From positions 121,272,001 through 121,336,000 of the forward strand of contig OZ024741.1 of NCBI GenBank assembly GCA_964016885.1: DNA of 64,000 nt, in the 5' to 3' direction. Position numbers and translations under genes: made by a program. Positions 13,501 to 26,521 of the stretch are shown here, in pieces; within the stretch, counting starts at the first letter, position 1; each line of letters starts with the position of its first letter. The notes under the pieces are model-generated. The model did not search any database and was not told the DNA's origin. It saw only the letters and a program-made list of their open reading frames with translations. This DNA is from Eledone cirrhosa (taxonomy: Eukaryota).

Positions 13501-14070
13501 TTTGGATCATATTTCAAAGCTGATCTTTTCCAAGTCGCCTTGAAAAGTGAAACTCTTTTGTCAAACGTATTCAGCCTATCTTGATCAAGACGCTCACGTT
13601 ATTCCTCTGAGGATTGACGAAGTCTTGCAGCAACTGTTTGGTCCTGTTTTTTTTTTCTTTGACTAATCTCTCGCTGACCTATTGTCTCATTGGTAACTCT
13701 GGCAGCTTGTCTTTGACTTGCATCCTTTAAACATTTTTCTCTTTCCTTTTTTGACTCTTGGCTCCTGCGGATTGCATTTTGTTGACGTAATTGTTCTAAC
13801 CGTTTTTCCCTTTGCCTCTTGTGACTCATTGGCCCTGCGTGCAGCGCTCTCCTCCGGTCGTTTTCATGCTGTTGCTGTCGTTGTGCAGGGGTTTCTAGTG
13901 ACCTTGCTACCTGTACCCGTCTTTGCTTCACTGTAGAATACTGATCATCTACATCTACCCCGTCTCCTCTTGTAGAGAGTGAGAACATTTTTCTCAGAAA
14001 CCTTTTTGAAAATTAAAATGGGGATTAAATGAAAAAAATGAGTGAAAGTGACGTGAATATCTTCACAAGA
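10559..14070 (-). mobile_element. Degenerate Helitron with RepHel pseudogene, internally deleted after helicase motif I
   Basis: Fragments KPTFKVQGQVYHRI, RSRELFQQFAVDM, ILPSSFTESPRYMHE, TIEWQNRGLPHAHILIW (HUH), HINVEFCNSLKSIKYVCKYINKG (Y2) and FFLDVPGGTGQTF (Pif1 motif I); 3' hairpin ACCGGGCAACGCTGGGT at about 10570-10586. The 5' end is uncertain. Confidence 0.9.
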
Positions 14071-14404
14071 GTGATTGAAATAAATGGCGATTGTGGAACG
14101 CCGCAGGCATACACACACACGCGCGCACGCAAACGCGTATGCAAACGCGCACACACACGCAAACCCCCACACGCACACACGCACGCGTGTACGTACATAC
14201 ACGCACACACTCACACATGTTGATAGCTTTTACTTTCTGTGGAACGCTGCACGCACACACGCACACACGCGCACACACACACACACGGACGCAAGCGTGC
14301 ACGTACATACACCCGCCGCACACATGTTAATAGTCATTGCTTTCCTTTCCCTCTTATTTCCACACACACACACATGTATCAAACATACATACAGTATCAA
14401 ACAC

Positions 14405-14541
<137 letters not shown>

Positions 14542-14769
14542 TATATAACATTTTTAAGCTTGTTGAATCCCAACAAATTAAATATAACCTCTGCATATAT
14601 ATATATATATATTGTTATACTTTGGGAGGGTCATGTTGCCAATAAGAAACACATGCACCAGTTGCTTTCACTTCAATTTATTATAATAAATTTATAAATT
14701 TAGGAATTTATAAATTTCCGGTTGGTTGGTTGGTTCTACAACCAGATGGTTGTTTATATATTGTCAATT

Positions 14770-14812
14770 GTCAAAGTTCTTTCGTCACACATTCTGTGAC
14801 CTCTTCAGTGAC
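14770..14812 (-). ncRNA. Minimal type I hammerhead, with an inverted second copy at 14927-14969 (+), in fold-back element about 14611-15125
   Basis: GUCA-CUGAAGA-G-GUCACA-gaaug-UGUGAC-GAAA-GAAC-UU-UGAC. Confidence 0.75.
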
Positions 14813-15172
14813 TGGGGATTCTTTTCTTTGTTTTTGTGCCTCTCCTTTGTGTGAACACACACAGAGAAACAAAATGGCGTAGGACAGAACAAAGGAGAGG
14901 CAAAAAAACAAAGAAAAGAATCCCCAGTCACTGAAGAGGTGACAGAATGTGTGACGAAAGAACTTTGACAATTGACAATATATAAACAACCATCTGGTTG
15001 TGGAACCAACCAACCAACCAACTGGAAATTTATAAATTTATTATAATAAATTGAAGTGAAAGCAACTGGTGCATGTGTTTCTTATTGGCAACATGACCCT
15101 CCCAAAGTATAACAATATCGGTTTCAACACACGTTTTCAGATAAAGAATCTTGCTAAACAAATTCAGAAACG

Positions 15173-15248
<76 letters not shown>

Positions 15249-15400
15249 CGCTTTCAAATTCTTCAATAGAAACTTGTTCTCTCTCTGTGTTTCTTTCTTC
15301 TCTCTGTTTTTTCTCATTCTGTATTTCTATCGCTCACACCCTCTGTAACACTTCCTCTCTTTTAGTCTCTCTCACTCTCTCTCTCTCTCTCTCCCAGTCT

Positions 15401-15474
<74 letters not shown>

Positions 15475-15658
15475 TTACATTTCTCCCCTCTATCGAAAAA
15501 CGTTGTGACGAATGAGGAGATGGAGGAGGAGAAATAAAGAGCCGCTTCCAGACTTTGCCTCTCCGTTTCTTTTTCTCCCCTCTCACTCCACCATTGGCAT
15601 TACGCACAGGCATACAAATACACAGACATCTGCTAATATATATAGATGTGTGTATGTA

Positions 15659-15714
<56 letters not shown>

Positions 15715-15746
15715 AACCAGCGTTCGTTGCCATTCTCTCCCCCCCC

Positions 15747-15797
<51 letters not shown>

Positions 15798-15908
15798 CAT
15801 CATTATCATTCTTCGACTACTGTCGAGATGATGGATCTCACTCTCATGCCCAGAATTCCCTGTCCCCCATATAGTGTGGTTCCCTGAGGAACAGGAACCC
15901 TGGTGCAG

Positions 15909-16006
<98 letters not shown>

Positions 16007-16482
16007 ATATATATATATATATATAAATTAACCTCGTGTATTTTCGCTACGTTAACCAGACCTTAGATATTTTTCTGAGGTGAAGTTACTTAATTTATCT
16101 GGGTACCTATTGATAAACACAGAAAATTAATTAACTCACTACTAATTAATTAATTATTTCACTATTATACCATCCTTTGTGAAACATGTTTAAAGTTTGA
16201 AGTTCTGACCGATCTGCGGAAAAAGTTTGTATTTTGAAATTTAAACGTGTCTAGGTACCAAGGCCTTTTGCCCATATGGGTTTGTGAGTATTGATTTATT
16301 ATTTTTTAGATCGTACAGGCAAACTATATGTATTTGAATTAAGATATTTCATCCTAACTATTTTATTAGTCAATTGCAACTAAAACATGTAAATGTTTAT
16401 CATATATTAATGTATACTGCTCAGAAGCGATTCTTAGAGCTGAAATAATTGTAAATGACCCCATTGAGTGTAAACTCTAAGT

Positions 16483-16564
<82 letters not shown>

Positions 16565-16621
16565 GAAGTATAATATTCAATGATATTAAATAAATGGAAA
16601 CTATATTTATAAAACCATATT

Positions 16622-16682
16622 TATTCTATTATATGTATTTCAAGGGTACCCAAATTTTGGTACGCTTTCATCAGATAAAATA
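16622..16682 (-). ncRNA. Type I hammerhead in fold-back element about 16565-16920
   Basis: UAUUUUAU-CUGAUGA-AAGcGUACC..GGUACcCUU-GAAA-UACAUA-UA-AUAGAAUA; the opposite arm has the palindromic loop UAUAUA. Confidence 0.8.
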
Positions 16683-17378
16683 CGAAGTGTGTTTTATAAA
16701 TTTTGACATAACCAAGAAAAAATACCTTAACGGTTCAAGTTTTCCTTGGATAGTGTACCAACATTTTGGTACCCTTGAAATATATATAATAGAATAAATA
16801 TGGTTTTATAAATATAGTTTCCATTTATTTAATATCATTGAATATTATACTCCAAATTCTGTCGAGTGCTCTGAATCAGTTATAAACATTTATATTTGTT
16901 GAATTGAATATCCCTTTTGCTTATATATATATATATCTGAATATCTAACACTTTAATTGTATCTCTCTGTATAACGGCGTATCTCTATTTCTGCCTCTCC
17001 CTCTGTGTCTCTCTCTCTTTAGATGTGTGTGTGTGTGTGTGTGTGATTTTTGTGTGATTGAACCAACCAACCAGCCAGCCAGCTAAGAAACATCTCTCTT
17101 TTATATTATATATAGATGACCCTGTGATAAACAGGGCGAAACTCAAATTTTGCTCGGGTCTCCCTATCATCCTTCCGGGGTTGACAAAATAAACTACTAG
17201 TTTTTTAAAAAGCTCATATTCTAAACATTCATATCTGAAAGCTTTATCATTTTTCCTGCTTTATGGATTTCACTAAATATCTATATAATATCCTTCCATA
17301 CCGGCTTCGTTTATTCTATCATTTGTCAGATACTACTTTTAATATTATTTATTTTCTTATTTCCCCCTACAAACAATG

Positions 17379-17438
<60 letters not shown>

Positions 17439-17658
17439 ATATATATCCGCAAAATACGTATAGTTAGCACCCCAAACGTATAATTGGGATTATACTAAGG
17501 TATATCCTAATGTTTGTTGAGTGAGACGGAAGCCGGTCGGAGTATTGCTTAAAGCTTTCTCTGTTAATATATTAAATATATATATATATATATAGAAAGT
17601 GAGGTTTTTTTACAAAATGAAAAAAAAACGAGGTGTCTTACACGAGTGAAAGTATAAG

Positions 17659-18610
17659 GAAAAAAGATAAAATCGAAAATGCAACTGGAGTCTTTTAAAA
17701 AATATATATATATGTATTTGGTTCCTTTAACCAGTTTCGAAGTTCTTCTGCTTTTCAAAAGTAGAATTGAGATGGAGGGTTTGTCGTTTTTCTCACATCT
17801 GGTTGGTGTTTGAATGTTACTTTTGTTTTATATGGAAAAAAGTGGCTCGAAATGCTAGGTTTTTAGAGAAGTAATTTGGTTGGTTGGTCAATAATTATAA
17901 TAAATTTCGTGCCAGTTCGCGTTACAAAGTTCTTATTATATTTGCCTTAAAAAAAAAGGGGTGGGGGGCTCAGGTTGTTTTTTCATATATGAGTGAAGTT
18001 TGGTTGGTTGATGCAGTCACGTGAATAAGCACATCAGCTTTCGCGCCAGTTTGTGTTCGCGCCAGTTTGTGTTTGAATTTCTTTTTACTTAAAAAAAGGA
18101 GGCTCACGCAGGCTTTTTTTTTTATTTTTTATTTATAAATGTAATTTGATGGTTATAAATGAAATTATGACTGTCACGTGAACAAGTACATTAAATTTAA
18201 GTAAAAAGAAATTCAAACACAAACTGGCGCGAAAGCTGATGTGCTTATTCACGTGACTGCATCCACCAACCAAACTTCACTCATATATGAAAAAACAACC
18301 TGAGCCCCACCTTTTTTTGAAGGCAAATATAATAATAACTTTGTAACGCGAACTGGCGCGAAATTTATTATAATTATTGACCAACCAACCAAATTACTTC
18401 TCTAAAAACGTAGCATTTCGAGCCACTTTTTTCCATATAAAACAGAAGTAACATTCAAACACCAACCAGATGTGAGAAAAACCACAGGCCCTCCATCTCA
18501 ATTCTACTTTTGAAAAGCAGAAGAACTGCGAAACGGGTAAAGGAACCAAATAAATATATATTTAAAAAAAAAAGAGACTCCAGTTGCATTTTCGATTTCA
18601 TCTTTTTCCT
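17659..18610. repeat. Long inverted repeat (fold-back, arms about 420 bp) between (TA)n tracts
   Basis: About 17659-18090 is the reverse complement of about 18197-18610 with scattered mismatches. Confidence 0.85.
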
Positions 18611-18687
18611 TATATGTATATATATACATATATATCTTTATAGCATTTCTGCGCTTGGACTCTTTCTTTATACTCATATAATTAAAT

Positions 18688-18726
<39 letters not shown>

Positions 18727-19949
18727 CATATATATATGTGTATGTGTATATATTTAATTATATACGTTGGGCGTATAAGCCCCAAGAGGCGGAAAAAAGA
18801 GGAAAATATATATATTATATCGTTGTATTTAGCCTGAAAGGATCAAAACTCATTTTTGACTGTGAAATATAGCCTAACAAGTTGAATATATAACATCCTG
18901 GGGATGAAAATCGCGGACAGAACAACGCTGTCCTCTTTTTTCCGCCTCTTGGGCTTATACGCCCAACGTAGGCTTTTTTTTGAAGCAGAAACGTGCGTTG
19001 AAGCCGTTAACTTTAAAATTCCTCCTCACTCAAATGTTGTAAAATTAGATCGTACACACACACACACACACATTAGAGGTGTTTTACCACAGAATATCCT
19101 TCGTGTTAACTGATAAGCGGAATCCCACGAAACAGGCCAATTATAATTGGAGATTGAAAAAGTTCAAGGTGAGTTAAGGAATCAAGTGGAAAACTCTGGA
19201 AAGAAGCAAACAATGCAGCCACGTAGCAAGGAAATGTCCCCTCTGTACATAGGAGAGGGGCACACATATTAGACAGGTTAAAAAGCTCTGCTAGCAGTTT
19301 AAACACTAGAGAATATTTCTTTAACAGGTGCTCTCAGTGAATAATTTTATAGTTTCATATTGGAAAATTTAATTCACTCCCAACTAAACTCAACATGACA
19401 TACTCGGCTCTCACACTACACGACACACACGCTCAATTTACATATACATGCAAATATATATAATATTTGTAAATCGAACTTTAGCTGCAGTACAGCATGT
19501 ACAATTCGATTTCTTTGGAAGCATCACAGAGCACTCAATGAATCGAAATGCGTGTGTGCATAGTTGAATTGGCACTTTGTTGACAATATGGCTACCATTG
19601 GGTCAACTTCTACTATTCTTTGATTAAGGCGATTTGCTGCCAGGACTATCACCAGCTCTATAGACCTGTTGTCAAAGGATCGTGATAATCATGCCTGGGA
19701 GCAGACACACCCTAATATATTTACTCGATAAATATTTTTCTGCCCCCCCTCTCCACGATTATTCTATCTAAAGCTGACCAGGAAGATACACTTGAACGCT
19801 CATATAGACGCACATATACATATAAACACTCACTAAGCAAGATATCTATATACGCACAACCACATACAACCACTCTCTCAACACAACAAAAATCAAAGAA
19901 ATTTTTATAATTGGATAAACAATGTATGCCCTTATTTGGACAGACAACA

Positions 19950-20039
19950 ACTCCTGATGAGACAGTCAGTTAACCGCCAATGCCTTCGGCAATCAGTCTC
20001 AAACTAGCTGTTGAAACGGAAAGAGCTCAGCCGTCGGGG
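19950..20039 (+). ncRNA. Type I hammerhead motif with long stem II, abutting the assembly gap
   Basis: CUC-CUGAUGA-GACAG...CUGUU-GAAA-CGG-aaaGAGCUCag-CCG-UC-GGGG. Confidence 0.7.
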
Positions 20040-20239
20040 NNNNNNNNNNNNNNNNNNNNNNNNNNNNNNNNNNNNNNNNNNNNNNNNNNNNNNNNNNNNN
20101 NNNNNNNNNNNNNNNNNNNNNNNNNNNNNNNNNNNNNNNNNNNNNNNNNNNNNNNNNNNNNNNNNNNNNNNNNNNNNNNNNNNNNNNNNNNNNNNNNNNN
20201 NNNNNNNNNNNNNNNNNNNNNNNNNNNNNNNNNNNNNNN
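20040..20239. other. Assembly gap of 200 N with duplicated flanks
   Basis: N run; about 60 bp left of the gap is repeated to its right. Confidence 0.98.
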
Positions 20240-20406
20240 GCCAATGCCTTCGGCAATCAGTCTCAAACTAGCTGTTGAAACGGAAAGAGCTCAGCCGTCG
20301 GGGTCTCGACTTTTTATTATATAACCATACTCTACTACTCCATATATTGTCTACTCTAGTGAGTAATGAGTAATGATGTAACCAGTTTCAAACTGAATCT
20401 ATCCTG

Positions 20407-20440
<34 letters not shown>

Positions 20441-20444
<4 letters not shown>

Positions 20445-20901
20445 AAATGGGGAGAAGAATACTGCAGGTTGCACATGGATAACATGTAATAAAATGAGTC
20501 CCTCATCAGTGATTTGCCGACGATCATAGATATTTCATTGCATTAAAAATCATATACCTCACGTCGGTGCAATAATAACTAAATTAAGTTATTAGGACAA
20601 TTAAAACGCGTAAAGCGAGTGAGACAAGATAACAACAAAGAGGAGAGCTAACCGTAGAGAGGAAGGAAACAAGCTACATAGTTATTCTGTTAGCATAAGC
20701 TAGGTGAATATATGAGCGCTTAGAAAAAGACCTTTCGGGCTGAATCCAAATGTGAGAAAGAAAGAATTTGTTTTCGTCGCGAACGGGGTGAAGTAAGAAG
20801 GGGAGAAACAATGAGTGAGTGAGTGGAAGTGTGAGGAAGAGTTAACTGACATGACAGAGGGGGCGAAAGAAAGTAGGAGAAACAGAGAGAACGAGGGAGC
20901 A

Positions 20902-20945
<44 letters not shown>

Positions 20946-21985
20946 ATAGAATCGCAGTTTAGGTAAATATATGTGAAAAAATGGGGAGAAGAATACTGCA
21001 GGTTGCACATGGATAACATGTAATAAAATGAGTCCCTCATCAGTGATTTGCCGACGATCATAAATATTTCATTGCATTAAAAATCATATACCTCACGTCG
21101 GTGCAATAATAACTAAATTAAGTTATTAGGACAATTAAAACGCGTAAAGCGAGTGAGACAAGATAACAACAAAGAGGAGAGCTAACCGTAGAGAGGAAGG
21201 GAACAAGCTACATAGTTATTCTGTTAGCATAAGCTAGGTGAATATATGAGTGCTTAGAAAAAAGACCTTTCGGGCTGAATCCAAATGTGAGAAAGAAAGA
21301 AATTTGTAGCAGACACAGAAAAGTCTATCATGGCAGTGGGTGCGGAGTGGCTGAACTTGCCTGTAGAACAATAGAGGAGTGGGTAGAACCGGTCAAGCGT
21401 AGAACGTGAAATCTAGGCAAATTCTAAGGAATGTGTATGAAAGTAGGCCAGGGGATATAGGCGAAATAAGGTTTCTTTAGAAAATGGAGGAGGGACGTTG
21501 TAGAAAAGGTAAATCAAATGAGATTAGGGGACAAAGAAAAAATATAATAAAAAAGAATATAATAAAAAATGAGAGACAGATATATCAGAATATAAGATTG
21601 GAAAGTGAGAAGTGAAATAAAACAAAAACTAAGGAGTCTACCACAGCTGCTATATTTAGTTGGTTCTGCTTTTTCGGCCAATGCTATAGAATGAGTTGCT
21701 AGATGAGAATTAATGAAAATTTAGAATTGGGTATTAAAAATTAATACCACATCTCTGGGGTTTAACACAGCTGCTATGGTTAGTTAGTATAGCGTAATCG
21801 GCGGATGCTATCTGTAAGTTACTGGGGGTGGGGGGTACCGAGGCTAAAGAAGCCCGATGGGCTGCCTCAGGGTAGGCGAAAGGGAAAAAAAAACAAAAAA
21901 AACAAAGGTACAAACGAGGAAGAAGTCCGGTGGTGGAAAGAAGTGATAGGAGGAGACAAAGGGAAGAAGAAAACATAGAGGAAAA
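20441..21985 (-). mobile_element. PLE-like 3' region with a partial tandem terminal repeat (period 534 bp), each unit carrying the permuted hammerhead
   Basis: 20441-20770 is repeated at 20975-21305; 21750-21980 shares motifs with the PLE 3' regions at 27.5 kb and 45 kb. Confidence 0.7.
20498..20598 (-). ncRNA. Candidate non-circularly permuted hammerhead, subfamily 1 (second copy 21032-21132 minus; partial copy 40442-40485 plus)
   Basis: GUCCU AAUAAC..GUUAUU AUUGCA CCGACG ug AGGUAU A UGAUUU uuaa UGCAAU GAA AUAUCU augau CGUCGG c AAAUCA CUGAUGA GGGAC. Confidence 0.7.
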
Positions 21986-21989
21986 GAAA

Positions 21990-22353
21990 AGGGGCGGCTA
22001 CAAGCCAGACGGCATGACCCTCTTCCAGTTTCGCGTTGGTAAACCCCTCATCTGGGATGCCACATGCAGCGACACTTTCTACAGCGGCAACCTGCTGCAA
22101 TATGCGACTAATCCAGGCTCTACTGCACTTCGAGCTCTCCGACAGGTTTATGGCCGAGCCCGGAGTATTAGAGACTTCTGGTGTCAATGGCACTAGGATT
22201 ACCTCCCTACTTACCACACCATCGGCACGGAGTTGGCTGCCCGCAGGTGTGAGCTTGCCAACTAGGATAGATCCAACGCGATTCCCTCACAGTCTTCCGG
22301 GAAAACGCCTTCTCTATTCTGTCCGCCGGGACCGTGGGGCGTCCAGCGCGTGA
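21990..22353 (+). pseudogene. 3' fragment of an RLE-type (CRE-like) non-LTR retrotransposon, restriction-like endonuclease
   Basis: KPDGMTL...GKPLIWDATCSDT, VLETSG and QRDSLTVFRENAFSIL across frameshifts. Confidence 0.8.
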
Positions 22354-22804
22354 GTTCCCATTTGCATATAATTGTTTCTACATTAGGCACAAGGCCAGCA
22401 ATTATCCCAGTGTTTTACTGGTACTTTATTTTATCGACCCCGTAAGGATGAAAGGCAAAGTTAACCTCGGCGGGATTTGATCCCAGACCATAAAGGGCCG
22501 TAGCTGTTTGCTGCAAAGCATGGCGTCCGACCCTCTACCGATAATAATAGTGAGAGATGGGGAGAGCGAGAGAGGCGGAGGCAGTGAGTGAAAGAGAGAG
22601 AGAGAGAGAGAACATCAACGTACACACGCACTTGATAAGACAAAGAAAGTTGAGAAGAGTGAAAATTCTATTCATTGTTGTCATTAGTTCACTTAGACGA
22701 AATTTAAAGTTGCACCAGTTGAATAACTAAATGCACTGCAGTAATTGACGTTCTGCAGTATAAATATAAAAGTTATCTGTTGAATATTCACCCAACCACA
22801 GATC

Positions 22805-23059
<255 letters not shown>

Positions 23060-23123
23060 TATATATATATATTTATATATATATATTTATATATATATAT
23101 ATATAGAGAGAGAGAGATAACAT

Positions 23124-23191
23124 CTCTGTCTGACGACCGATCCAGACGTATATTAATATTGTCTGGGATCCAGAAACCTTTGGTAATGGAG
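23124..23191 (+). ncRNA. Type I hammerhead motif
   Basis: CUCUGU-CUGACGA-ccGAUCCAGAC..GUCUGGGAUCca-GAAA-CCuuuGG-UA-AUGGAG. Confidence 0.7.
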
Positions 23192-23286
23192 TAGTTATAT
23201 TTTGTGTTGTTCACTTTCTAATTAAATAGCTCTGTTCTATACATAGAGCACTCTTATTTTCTTTGCATTTCCTTCGTTATTACCTA

Positions 23287-23331
<45 letters not shown>

Positions 23332-23975
23332 CTAGCTTCTACAGGACTAGAACTGTTTCATTCGTGAGAAATCATCAGTATGATTTCTCAGGAATGAGAC
23401 AGTTCTAGTCCTGCAGAAGATTTTCTATATTAAAACATTTATACTCTACTATGTATTGAGTACCTTACTTACTGTGGTTACCCCCGATTGAACCCGGAAT
23501 AACTTATATATATATATATGGTGGAAATAACACGTGACAACGAAATGATTGAAGGCTGTCTATTGTGGCAGTCGCATTTAGTTAATGTTCACACCAGTTT
23601 GAGGCATAAGAACGGAATCCCTGTTGATGAAGTGAATCCCCTGTTCGATCATGGAATACCACAAGCTTACGTGTTACGTAAGTTGGATGCATGATTTCGG
23701 GTTTTCATAGAAACCTATCGGACGTATTGCAGAATATCGTTCGATCTGTCCAGGTCTGTTATTTTAACCTGATTAGTTCTTTCGTTGTTTTTGGTATTGT
23801 ATGGTTGGGTTTTGCCTACTGCAATTTTCAATTTGTCAAGCTTTTTAAACGTAATGTTGTTACTCTAAGGAGTAACCCTTATTGAGTGCTTTGCTACTTA
23901 TTCTTTATTGTAGGTCGACTTTGCTTGGCCACAACCAAAGCTTCGATTTTACTAAGCTTCCACTTGTATTATATA

Positions 23976-24089
<114 letters not shown>

Positions 24090-24294
24090 AATTGGTATAA
24101 TGTCACCCATATTGTAGGAATCCTATAATGAAACGAGACGTCCGTCTGGGAAGAGATATATTCGATATGTCTCATATGAAATAATACAGCCAATTTTCCA
24201 CGCATAATTGGTAATATAATCACTTATTTCCTAATGTTTGTTGAGTGAGTTGGAATTTGGCCGGAGTATCGCTAAAAAGCTTTATCCGATATTG

Positions 24295-24331
<37 letters not shown>

Positions 24332-24391
24332 GAAAAATGGCGAGCTGTGTTGTTGCAAATAGGATATATATATATATATATATATCCGATT

Positions 24392-24487
24392 TGAACTGTT
24401 TCATTTGGGAGAAATCATCAAGGGTTCCTGATGATTTCTCCCGAATGAAACAGTTCTAGTCCTGTAGAAGCCTTTTCTATATTAAAT
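24392..24487 (+). ncRNA. Fold-back containing a minimal type I hammerhead (family copies at 23336-23505 and 60681-60880)
   Basis: Family consensus GCUUC-CUGAUGA-U-UUC-uccc-GAA-U-GAAA-CAG-uuCUAGuc-CUG-UA-GAAGC. Confidence 0.75.
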
Positions 24488-24546
24488 ATATATATATGTA
24501 TATATATATGTATATATATATATGTATATGTATATATGTATATATA

Positions 24547-24809
24547 TTATTAGAAATGTAAGCTATCGCCGTATTTTGACTAAAGAAATTAAAGAAATTA
24601 TCCTGATAGTGGGGTTAAGAACCCTCGGAGAAATGGAAAAAGATGAGTATTGACGTACATGTGCGTCAATACTCATCTTTATCCATTTCCCCGAGGGTTC
24701 TTAACCCCACTATCAGGCTAAATAATTTCTTTAATTTCTTTAGTCAAAATACGGCGATAGCTTACATTTCTAATAATTCCAAACCCACTCGCTGTTTCGA
24801 AAATATTCT

Positions 24810-24810
<1 letters not shown>
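24547..24810. repeat. Fold-back palindrome with arms of about 110 bp between (TA)n tracts
   Basis: Centred on GACGTACATGTGCGTC at about 24660. Confidence 0.85.
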
Positions 24811-24879
<69 letters not shown>

Positions 24880-25144
24880 GTCAGTCCTTCATCAGTGATC
24901 TTCCAACCTTCATTGGTATTCCATCGCTTTAAAAATCATATACCTCTGGTTGATGCGAGCAATAACTAAATAAAGTTATTGGGATAAGTGAAATAGGGTG
25001 AAACGAGCGAGACATGTAAATAAACAAAGATGGTATTGCAACGGAAAGATAGAAAGAGACAAGTACATGATATGTATAAGCTTAAGCTTGGTGAAATCAT
25101 CTTTGTTTGTTTACATGTCTCGCTCGCTTCACCCTATTTTACTT

Positions 25145-25246
25145 GTCCCAATAACTTTATTTAGTTATTGCTCGCATCAACCAGAGGTATATGATTTTTA
25201 AAGCGATGAAATACCAATGAAGGTTGGGAGATCACTGATGAAGGAC
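25145..25246 (+). ncRNA. Candidate permuted hammerhead, subfamily 2 (inverted copy 24884-24985 minus; deleted copy 36354-36426 minus)
   Basis: GUCC CAAUAAC..GUUAUUG cUCGC a UCAACC aga GGUAU A UGAUUUU uaaa GCGAu GAA AUACC aaugaa GGUUGG GAGAUCA CUGAUGA a GGAC. Confidence 0.7.
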
Positions 25247-25296
25247 TAATTTTATTCATATGTAACCCATGTGCAGCCACGCAGCACTCCATTTTT

Positions 25297-25367
<71 letters not shown>

Positions 25368-25380
25368 ATATATATATAAA

Positions 25381-25452
<72 letters not shown>

Positions 25453-25483
25453 GTGTGTATATATATATAAATATATAAATGTC

Positions 25484-25562
<79 letters not shown>

Positions 25563-25568
<6 letters not shown>

Positions 25569-26495
25569 GGAAAAAATGAAACGAAATTTCATTTCCCACT
25601 ATTAGTACGGCTGTTACTTAAATATAAGTTTGTACACGTACATACATATATGTATACAGACGTACAGTAGTATGTATATATATATACATACATGCACACA
25701 TATATATATGTACGTATGGATTCACCGAACATTTATTATAATGCTCGGTGTGTTTGTAAACAAGCATCCCGTATTAAGCCGTAGTGTCCAGCAGCCATCG
25801 TTGCTCGTTTGTTCAACACTGACAAAGGAACGCTGTACTAGTTTCAAGCTTATTAGCTATCGTCAGCAACGTATACCTTCCTGCCAGATTGTTGAACGTA
25901 TATACTTACCTTATGCATATTAACAGCTGAGAAGCCCAATTTGCATATCGAGTGGGTTAATCGGCCGGGTGCACCAAAACGATAAACGGAAAAAATGAAA
26001 CGAAATTTTATTTCCCACTCTTAGTACGGCTGTTACTTAAATATAAGTATGCACACGTACATACATATATGTATACAGACGTACAGTAGTATGTATATAT
26101 ATATACATACATGCACACATATATATATGTACGTATGAATTCACCGAACATTTATTATAATGCTCGGTGTGTTTGTAAACAAACATCCCGTATTAAGCCG
26201 CAGTGTCCAGCAACCATCGTTGCTCGTTTGTTCAACACTCAGGAAGGTATACGTTGCTGACGATAGCTAATAAGCTTAAAACTAGTACAGCGTTCCTTTG
26301 TCAGTGTTGAAGAAACGAGCAACGATGGTTGCTGGACACTACGGCTTAATACGGGATGTTTGTTTACAAACACACCGAGCATTATAATAAATGTTCGGTG
26401 AATCCATACGTACATATATATATGTGTGCATGTATGTATATATATATACATACTACTGTACGTCTGTATACATATATGTATGTACGTTTACATAC
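25563..26495 (-). mobile_element. PLE-type terminal repeat cluster: tandem units of about 420 bp plus an inverted copy
   Basis: 25563-25820 is repeated at 25983-26239 and inverted at 26240-26495; contains hammerheads. Confidence 0.75.
25830..25872 (-). ncRNA. Minimal type I hammerhead with palindromic stem III (copy with G12A at 26251-26293, +)
   Basis: ACGUUG-CUGACGA-U-AGCU-aaua-AGCU-U-GAAA-CUAG-UA-CAGCGU. Confidence 0.85.
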
Positions 26496-26521
26496 TTATA
26501 TATATATATATATATATATAT

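Noticed and set aside
18970-19005. Possible minimal hammerhead GGCTTT..GAAACGTGCGTTGAAGCC
   Set aside because: Stems I and III are plausible but the CUGANGA box is not recognisable.
19976-20304. Apparent tandem duplication of a hammerhead half around the gap
   Set aside because: Identical sequence on both sides of an N run is most likely unmerged contig overlap.
25140-25250. Twister or pistol interpretation of the GUCCCAA...UAAAGC motif
   Set aside because: The required conserved elements could not be placed; the permuted hammerhead model explains the conserved bases and the covariation.
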